From positions 300,001 through 332,000 of the forward strand of contig NZ_JHXR01000003.1 of the NCBI RefSeq assembly GCF_000621645.1: a stretch of DNA of 32,000 bases, written 5' to 3'. Positions 26,566 to 32,000 of this stretch are shown in pieces (the first letter of the stretch is position 1; each line of letters begins with the position of its first letter). The notes under the pieces are model-generated. The model searched no databases, was not told where the DNA came from, and worked only from the letters and a program-made list of their open reading frames with translations. This DNA is from Vibrio cholerae ATCC 14035. Lineage in GTDB: Bacteria > Pseudomonadota > Gammaproteobacteria > Enterobacterales > Vibrionaceae. Both the position numbers and the translations under genes were made by a program.

Positions 26566-27333
26566 TCAAAACGCGACGGTGACCTCACCAACACCACTGA
26601 CTTGCGCATCAATTATACGGTTAGATTTGTCATTTTTCACTTTTATCTGCTCTCCCACGACACCATCGGACATCGCCGTCCCTTTGGTTGTGATCGACAT
26701 ACCAGATTTTCCCGCTCGGATGACAACACTTTCATTTCGACACACGATGCACACATCGTTCTGTTCAATCACATCACCCACACGAATATTTTTTTTGATT
26801 TTTGCACCAATCACGTTTTCAGGAGTGGAAAAACCTTGCCGCCGGAAACGCAGCAGGTCTACCATACTTAACGTAACATCTTGTGCGGAAATCATTTGTC
26901 CCCGACTTAATGGGGTTGCCGCAGTGATGAGTGGGATAGTGATCGTCAGACGAACCGGCACATAAACACGCCAGTTATCCGGTTTACACTCCACCAATAC
27001 GGTGATGTTGGCCGCAGAACCATTGCTGGATGATGAATTTGTTGTGAGAGGTTCCGGACAATCGGTCGCGAATAGACGATCGTCTATATTGGCAGCATTG
27101 ACCACTAACTCACCGCCAGCAGGCATATCCACCGTGCTCAGCACATGATTTTCGGCGGCTTCTTTGATCATTGAAAGCTGTTCCGGCGTGGCTGCATTGG
27201 CCGCTAGACTAAAGAAAAATAATAAAAAGCCGATAAAGCTATAAAATATTTCACAGAAAGCTCTACACTTAGTTATGAAATGCGAATGGAGATCGATCTT
27301 CGGATGCATTTTTCGTTTCTCTGGTTTCTTCAT
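26566..27333 (-). CDS. flgA: Flagellar P-ring assembly chaperone FlgA (255 aa)
   Basis: Hydrophobic signal FIGFLLFFFSLAANA/A. C-terminal SAF/FlgA-type domain (RVGDVIEQNDV...GEQIKVKN...V.GVGEVTV). Only two in-frame ATGs (27333 and 27309) precede the signal, so the basic N-region is unusually long (about 30-40 aa). Confidence 0.85.
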   Translation of the reverse strand: MKKPEKRKMHPKIDLHSHFITKCRAFCEIFYSFIGFLLFFFSLAANAATPEQLSMIKEAAENHVLSTVDMPAGGELVVNAANIDDRLFATDCPEPLTTNSSSSNGSAANITVLVECKPDNWRVYVPVRLTITIPLITAATPLSRGQMISAQDVTLSMVDLLRFRRQGFSTPENVIGAKIKKNIRVGDVIEQNDVCIVCRNESVVIRAGKSGMSITTKGTAMSDGVVGEQIKVKNDKSNRIIDAQVSGVGEVTVAF

Positions 27334-27389
27334 AGCCTGTAGTAGACTATCACTTTTTTTGGATAAAAGTTTGAGATGGAGATGAGCTT

Positions 27390-28316
27390 ATGACGGGTAT
27401 TCTTGATTCTGTGAATCAGCGTACGCAACTCGTCGGTCAAAACCGATTAGAACTATTAACTTTCCGTCTTAACGGCCGTCAACGATACGGTATTAACGTT
27501 TTCAAAGTTAAAGAAGTCCTGCAATGTCCTAAATTGACCTCAATGCCTAATTTGCACCGCTTAGTAAAAGGGGTTGCCCATATTCGTGGTCAAACGGTCT
27601 CTGTGATTGACATGAGCCTTGCCGTTGGTGGTCGTCCGACGACGGACGTGGATAAAAGTTTCGTGGTCATCGCGGAATTTAACCGTACTATTCAAGCATT
27701 TCTGGTGAGCTCGGTTGAGCGTATCATTAACATGCGTTGGGAAGCGATATTACCGCCTCCGAATGGGACTGGGAAAAGTAACTATTTGACGGCTGTGACC
27801 AATATTGATAATGAATTGGTTGAGATCATCGACGTTGAAAAGATCTTGGCTGAAATCACGCCAGTTAACGAAGATATGGACAGCTCAATTGGTGAACAAA
27901 TAGCCCAAGTTGAGCAGGAAAAAGAGTTTGTTCGTCGCATTTTGATTGCGGACGACTCCAGCGTGGCACGCAAACAGGTGCAACGCGCCATTGAGTCTAT
28001 CGGTTTTGAAGTCGTTACCACGAAAGATGGTAAAGATGCTTACGAAAAATTACTGGAAATGCTCAGTGAAGGGCCAATCAGTAATCAAATATCTTTGGTT
28101 ATCTCCGATATTGAAATGCCAGAGATGGATGGCTATACCTTGACTGCGGAAATCCGTCGTCATAACGAGCTCAAAGATCTTTATGTTATTTTGCACTCTT
28201 CATTGAGTGGCGTGTTCAACCAAGCCATGGTTGAGAGAGTTGGGGCAAATGCGTTTATTGCGAAATTTAACCCTGATGAGCTTGGTAATGCGGTGAAAGC
28301 TGCGCTAGTTAAATAA
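27390..28316 (+). CDS. cheV: Chemotaxis coupling protein CheV (CheW-like domain plus receiver domain, 308 aa)
   Basis: N-terminal CheW-like half. C-terminal REC domain with ILIADDS...VISDIEMPEMDG...IAKF. GGAG RBS. Confidence 0.9.
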   Translation: MTGILDSVNQRTQLVGQNRLELLTFRLNGRQRYGINVFKVKEVLQCPKLTSMPNLHRLVKGVAHIRGQTVSVIDMSLAVGGRPTTDVDKSFVVIAEFNRTIQAFLVSSVERIINMRWEAILPPPNGTGKSNYLTAVTNIDNELVEIIDVEKILAEITPVNEDMDSSIGEQIAQVEQEKEFVRRILIADDSSVARKQVQRAIESIGFEVVTTKDGKDAYEKLLEMLSEGPISNQISLVISDIEMPEMDGYTLTAEIRRHNELKDLYVILHSSLSGVFNQAMVERVGANAFIAKFNPDELGNAVKAALVK

Positions 28317-28326
28317 AGAGAATTGA

Positions 28327-29154
28327 ATGACTGCTATAACGATTAGCGACCAAGAGTATCGCGACTTTTGCCGATTTCTGGAATCTCAGTGCGGAATTGT
28401 ACTGGGTGACAGCAAGCAGTATTTGGTGCGAAGTCGTCTAAGTCCACTCGTCACCAAATTCAAGTTAAGTTCGTTGTCTGACTTGTTGCGGGATGTCGTG
28501 ACAGGACGAAATCGCGATCTGCGCGTAGCAGCGGTTGACGCCATGACAACCAACGAAACCTTATGGTTTCGAGATTCCTACCCATTTACGGTTTTAGCTG
28601 ACAAATTATTGCCAGAAATGGCGGCACATAAACGGCCGATAAAAATCTGGTCGGCGGCCAGTTCATCAGGCCAAGAGCCGTACTCCATGGCGATGACGAT
28701 TTTAGAAGTGCAGCAAAAACGTCCGGGATTGTTGCCAAGCGTGTCAATTACTGCCACGGATATTTCAGCCAGTATGTTAGATATGTGCCGAGCCGGGATT
28801 TATGACAACTTAGCTTTAGGACGTGGTTTATCTCCTGAGCGTCGTCGAGTGTTTTTCGAAGATGCTGGGGATGGCCGGATGAAGGTGAAGGATAACGTAA
28901 AACGTTTAGTGAACTTCCGCCCGCAAAACTTAATGGAAAGTTACTCCTTGCTGGGTAAGTTTGACATCATTTTTTGCCGTAACGTGCTGATCTATTTCTC
29001 GCCAGATATGAAATCTAAAGTGCTTAATCAGATGGCGGCAAGTTTGAACCCCGGCGGCTATTTACTGTTAGGGGCATCCGAATCCCTGACTGGGCTGACG
29101 GATAAGTTTGAAATGGTGCGTTGTAACCCTGGTATCATCTATAAACTCAAATAA
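28327..29154 (+). CDS. cheR: Chemotaxis protein methyltransferase CheR (275 aa)
   Basis: CheR N-terminal helical domain (MTTNETLWFRD). SAM-binding core IWSAASSSGQEPYS...IFCRNVLIYF. Separated from cheV by 10 nt. Confidence 0.9.
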   Translation: MTAITISDQEYRDFCRFLESQCGIVLGDSKQYLVRSRLSPLVTKFKLSSLSDLLRDVVTGRNRDLRVAAVDAMTTNETLWFRDSYPFTVLADKLLPEMAAHKRPIKIWSAASSSGQEPYSMAMTILEVQQKRPGLLPSVSITATDISASMLDMCRAGIYDNLALGRGLSPERRRVFFEDAGDGRMKVKDNVKRLVNFRPQNLMESYSLLGKFDIIFCRNVLIYFSPDMKSKVLNQMAASLNPGGYLLLGASESLTGLTDKFEMVRCNPGIIYKLK

Positions 29155-29176
29155 AGAAATTAATCCATCTCATTTT

Positions 29177-29200
29177 GCCCGGTTTCTACCGGGCTTTTTC
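29177..29200 (+). terminator. Rho-independent terminator of cheV-cheR
   Basis: GCCCGGT-ttct-ACCGGGC hairpin followed by TTTTT. Confidence 0.8.
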
Positions 29201-29254
29201 TTTTCTTTCAGACTCTAATGAACAGGAACGCCTTTTTCTTGCAAGGAGTCGGTT

Positions 29255-29270
29255 TGGCGTGGAGTTTGCT
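29255..29270 (+). promoter_or_regulatory. Distal sigma54 -24/-12 element upstream of flgB
   Basis: TGGCGTGGAGTTTGCT against TGGCACGR-N3-TTGCW. GG-N10-GC spacing is exact. Confidence 0.5.
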
Positions 29271-29313
29271 AAATATTATCCATCTTGCTGCTAATCGTTC
29301 CAGTTTTGAAAGT

Positions 29314-29329
29314 TGGTACGCTAATTGCA
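29314..29329 (+). promoter_or_regulatory. Proximal sigma54 -24/-12 promoter of flgBCDE
   Basis: TGGTACGCTAATTGCA against TGGCACGR-N3-TTGCW with exact spacing. The predicted start is about 35 nt upstream of the flgB ATG. flgB operons of polar-flagellated Vibrio are sigma54/FlrC dependent. Confidence 0.6.
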
Positions 29330-29373
29330 AATAATTTCAGCAGTAACGGTCAGTTCTTATCGAAGAGGTAAAC

Positions 29374-29769
29374 ATGGCTATTTCTTTTGACAGAGCCCTA
29401 GGTATTCACCAACACACGGTGGGCGTACGTGAGCGCAACTCTGAGGTGATTGCCACCAATATTGCGCAGGCCAATACGCCGGGATTTAAGGCAAAAGGAA
29501 TGGACTTCCAGAAGGCATTGCAAGCGGCAAGTTCGGGGGCAAGCATTAGTCTTAGCCGTACCGATAGTCGGCATATTCCTGCCTCTTCAACGATGAGTGG
29601 GGAAATTCTTTACCGCGTACCGACACAGCCGGATACCGGTGATGGCAATACGGTGGATGTAGACTTGGAGCGTAACTTGTTTATGCAAAACCAAATCCGT
29701 CACCAAGCGTCACTGGATTTTCTAGGCAGTAAATTTAAGAACTTAACCAAGTCGCTTAAAGGGGAGTAG
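29374..29769 (+). CDS. flgB: Flagellar basal-body rod protein FlgB (131 aa)
   Basis: Rod-protein N-terminal signature TNIAQANTPGFKAK, plus size and operon position. Confidence 0.93.
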   Translation: MAISFDRALGIHQHTVGVRERNSEVIATNIAQANTPGFKAKGMDFQKALQAASSGASISLSRTDSRHIPASSTMSGEILYRVPTQPDTGDGNTVDVDLERNLFMQNQIRHQASLDFLGSKFKNLTKSLKGE

Positions 29770-29773
29770 ATCG

Positions 29774-30190
29774 ATGAGCTTATTCAGCGTATTTAATGTC
29801 ACAGGTTCTGCGATGAGCGCCGAGTCGGTTCGTCTCAATACGACCTCAAGTAATCTGGCCAATGCTGATAGTATTAGTAGTTCAGCGAAAGATACTTACA
29901 AAGCTCGTCATGCAGTATTTGGCGCAGAGTTGAGTAAAGCGCGTTTCAACCGCGATCCCAATGTGCCGGTGAAGGTTTTGGGGATTGTGGAAAGTGATAA
30001 ACCGCTGGTCGCTGAATTTAATCCAGAACATCCACTTGCCAATGATGAAGGCTATATCTACAAGTCCAACGTCAATGTGATGGAAGAGATGGCCAATATG
30101 ATTTCTGCCTCTCGTTCTTATCAAACCAACGTGCAGGTGGCGGATGCCAGTAAACAGATGCTGCTGCGTACGCTGCAGATGGGTCAATAA
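29774..30190 (+). CDS. flgC: Flagellar basal-body rod protein FlgC (138 aa)
   Basis: SSNLANADS N-terminal motif. C-terminal SRSYQTNVQV...ML..TLQMG. GGGGAG RBS 4 nt after the flgB stop. Confidence 0.93.
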   Translation: MSLFSVFNVTGSAMSAESVRLNTTSSNLANADSISSSAKDTYKARHAVFGAELSKARFNRDPNVPVKVLGIVESDKPLVAEFNPEHPLANDEGYIYKSNVNVMEEMANMISASRSYQTNVQVADASKQMLLRTLQMGQ

Positions 30191-30207
30191 GGATAAGGAG
30201 TTAACGT

Positions 30208-30915
30208 ATGGCCGGAGTCAATAATGTTGGTCAAAGCGGCTTGTCCTATATTGATCAGCTTAAAGCTCTTCAAGAGCAGAAAAAGCCGGATGAAACCACA
30301 GGGCAGAAATCCCTGAAACAAGAAGACTTTCTTTCTTTGCTGACCAAGCAGTTAGCACAGCAAGATCCGTTCAAACCCGTGAGTAACGATCAGATGATTG
30401 CGCAGATGGCTTCATTTGCGACCGTTGATGGCATTGGCAAGATGAACACTCAGTTTGAGAGTCTCAACTCATCAATGACCTCTAACCAAGCGCTGCAAGC
30501 GTCATCACTGGTAGGGCGTGACGTGCTAGTGCCGGGGGCGGCAGGAATGAAAAAGCCTGATGGCGGTATGGCGGCAATGGTGAAACTGCCGCAGTCGATC
30601 GATAACTTGTTCATCCGTATTGAGAATGAAGCTGGTCAATTGGTACGAACCTTTGACGTCGGTGCCAAATCTTCTGGTGATAACCGCGTTGAATGGGATG
30701 GAAAAGATCAGAACGGTAATCCGTTGCCGGGTGGCAAATACAAAGTGAAAGCGTCTGGCTTGCTGGATGGAGAGAGTAAAGAGTTTGAAGTCTCCACGTA
30801 TGCGAACGTCAACAGCGTTTTGTTAGGCAAAGGCGATGGTAACGTACTACTCAATCTGGCTGGTTTTGATGCACCAGTTCGACTTGCTGAAGTACTTGAA
30901 GTAGGCAAAGCGTGA
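30208..30915 (+). CDS. flgD: Flagellar hook-capping / assembly protein FlgD (235 aa)
   Basis: LGKDDFLKLL-type motif (LKQEDFLSLLTKQLAQQDPFKP). C-terminal FlgD Ig-like/tudor region (WDGKDQNGNPLPGGKYKV). AAGGAG RBS. Confidence 0.9.
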   Translation: MAGVNNVGQSGLSYIDQLKALQEQKKPDETTGQKSLKQEDFLSLLTKQLAQQDPFKPVSNDQMIAQMASFATVDGIGKMNTQFESLNSSMTSNQALQASSLVGRDVLVPGAAGMKKPDGGMAAMVKLPQSIDNLFIRIENEAGQLVRTFDVGAKSSGDNRVEWDGKDQNGNPLPGGKYKVKASGLLDGESKEFEVSTYANVNSVLLGKGDGNVLLNLAGFDAPVRLAEVLEVGKA

Positions 30916-30943
30916 TAGCGCTAGCTAGATAGGAGAATTACTC

Positions 30944-32000
30944 ATGTCATATGTCTCTCTTAGTGGTTTATCCGCCGCGCAGATGGATTTAAATACCACC
31001 AGTAACAACATTGCGAACGCCAATACGTTTGGTTTTAAAGAGTCGCGTGCCGAATTTGGTGATGTGTATTCCACCTCACTCTTTACTAACGCGAAGACGA
31101 CACCAGGGCAAGGTGTGCAAGCGGCCAAAGTGGCACAGCAGTTCCACGAAGGTTCTAGCATCTATACCAATAACCCACTGGATTTGCGTATCGCGGGTAC
31201 GGGCTTCTTCGCTGTCGCGAAAGATCGCTTAGTTCCACAGCAAAATGAGCTGACTCGTAACGGCGCATTCCACTTGGATAAAAATAGCTTCATGGTCACA
31301 GCGAATGATGAGTTCCTGCTGGGTTATGAAGTAAACCCTGATACGGGTGATGTCTTATCTTATGAGCCTAAGCCAATTAATATTCCGCCGCAGTTCGGTA
31401 AACCGAAACAGACCGCGAATATTGACTTAGGAGCAAACTTGCCTGCTAACGGTGATCTCAAAGACCCTGCGCTGTTTGATATTACCGATCCTGAGACTTA
31501 TAACCGTACGACCTCATCGACCATTTACGATTCTATGGGGCAACCTTATAAGTTAACGACGTATTACTTGAAAGATATGAATCAAGCTAATACATGGCAG
31601 ACCTACTACACCGTCACTGACAAAACCGGTGAAAAGCCGATTAACGTTGTCGGTGGTGATGCGGCAAGCCCAACAGGCCACGTGGGACATACCATGCGTT
31701 TTAACAACGATGGTACCTTGTCAAGCTTAAACAACGGTCAACCAATTGTGACTGAGCCACTGGGTGGCGGTGCCAATCCAGTCGATCTGAACGGTGCGGA
31801 TGTTAACCAAACCTTGTCGTTTAGCTTGGATTCTGCCACGCAGTTTGCCGCACCTTTTGAGTTGACCAAGTTTGATCAAGATGGTGCGACGACAGGCTTC
31901 CTGACGAAGATCGACTTTGATGAAAATGGTAGCGTACTGGCTACTTACTCAAACGGCATTAACACCACTCTAGGCCGTGTTGCGCTGGTGCGTGTTGCGA
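30944..32000 (+). CDS. flgE: Flagellar hook protein FlgE, first about 352 codons; continues off the right edge
   Basis: AGGAG RBS, then ATG at 30944. Translation begins MSYVSLSGLSAAQMDLNTTSNNIANANTFGFKESRAEFGDVY...GTGFFAV...LTRNGAF, and the frame stays open to base 32000. It is not in the ORF track because no stop is present. Confidence 0.9.
   Translation, partial: MSYVSLSGLSAAQMDLNTTSNNIANANTFGFKESRAEFGDVYSTSLFTNAKTTPGQGVQAAKVAQQFHEGSSIYTNNPLDLRIAGTGFFAVAKDRLVPQQNELTRNGAFHLDKNSFMVTANDEFLLGYEVNPDTGDVLSYEPKPINIPPQFGKPKQTANIDLGANLPANGDLKDPALFDITDPETYNRTTSSTIYDSMGQPYKLTTYYLKDMNQANTWQTYYTVTDKTGEKPINVVGGDAASPTGHVGHTMRFNNDGTLSSLNNGQPIVTEPLGGGANPVDLNGADVNQTLSFSLDSATQFAAPFELTKFDQDGATTGFLTKIDFDENGSVLATYSNGINTTLGRVALVRVA

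Noticed and set aside
27322-27337. TGGTTTCTTCATAGCC, a sigma54-like element upstream of cheV overlapping the flgA start
   Set aside because: Only the GG/GC dinucleotides and their spacing match; the flanking consensus positions mostly do not. This is too weak to call. The cheV promoter remains unidentified.
27360-27392. AAAAGTTT-N11-GAGCTTAT, a possible sigma28 promoter for cheV
   Set aside because: The -10 half matches GCCGATAA at only 3 of 8 positions, and it overlaps the cheV RBS and start codon.

Overview
The window reads as an ordinary core-chromosome segment of a Vibrio cholerae-type genome. Gene order matches what I remember as N16961 chromosome I, roughly VC2219 down to VC2197; this is recall, not a search.

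Left to right:
- Partial SmrB-like gene (-), a 46-aa membrane micro-protein (-), and tRNA-Pro(UGG) (+).
- Secreted TraB/GumN-family protein (-) and the GH20 chitobiase lipoprotein chb (+).
- Copper-efflux operon copA-copG (-) with a CueR/MerR-type operator.
- gltX (+) and ompA-like porin (+).
- Uncharacterised AP2-like ORF (-).
- Vibriobactin uptake and assembly genes viuA, viuB and vibF (+). Each has its own Fur box. vibF is a 2413-aa NRPS with Cy-Cy-A-C-PCP-C order.
- Polar-flagellum region: flgT (-), flgO-flgP (+), flgN-flgM-flgA (-), cheV-cheR (+), flgB-flgC-flgD and the 5' part of flgE (+).

Sigma54 (-24/-12) and sigma28 promoter motifs and many rho-independent terminators are directly visible. 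I saw no IS element, integrase, CRISPR array, prophage, toxin-antitoxin or defence-like cassette, and no pseudogenes.

I did not find a convincing undescribed multi-gene system. The least-understood items are:
- the AP2-like ORF divergent from viuA;
- the TraB/TIKI-like secreted protein;
- a possible pair of crossing divergent sigma54 promoters between flgT and flgOP;
- tandem sigma54 elements upstream of flgB.

Several ORF-track starts are upstream over-extensions (TTG or GTG in four cases, ATG for flgO and copG) and were trimmed to ATG codons with better ribosome-binding sites. Three genes are absent from the track: the micro-protein, the partial flgE and the partial SmrB-like gene.
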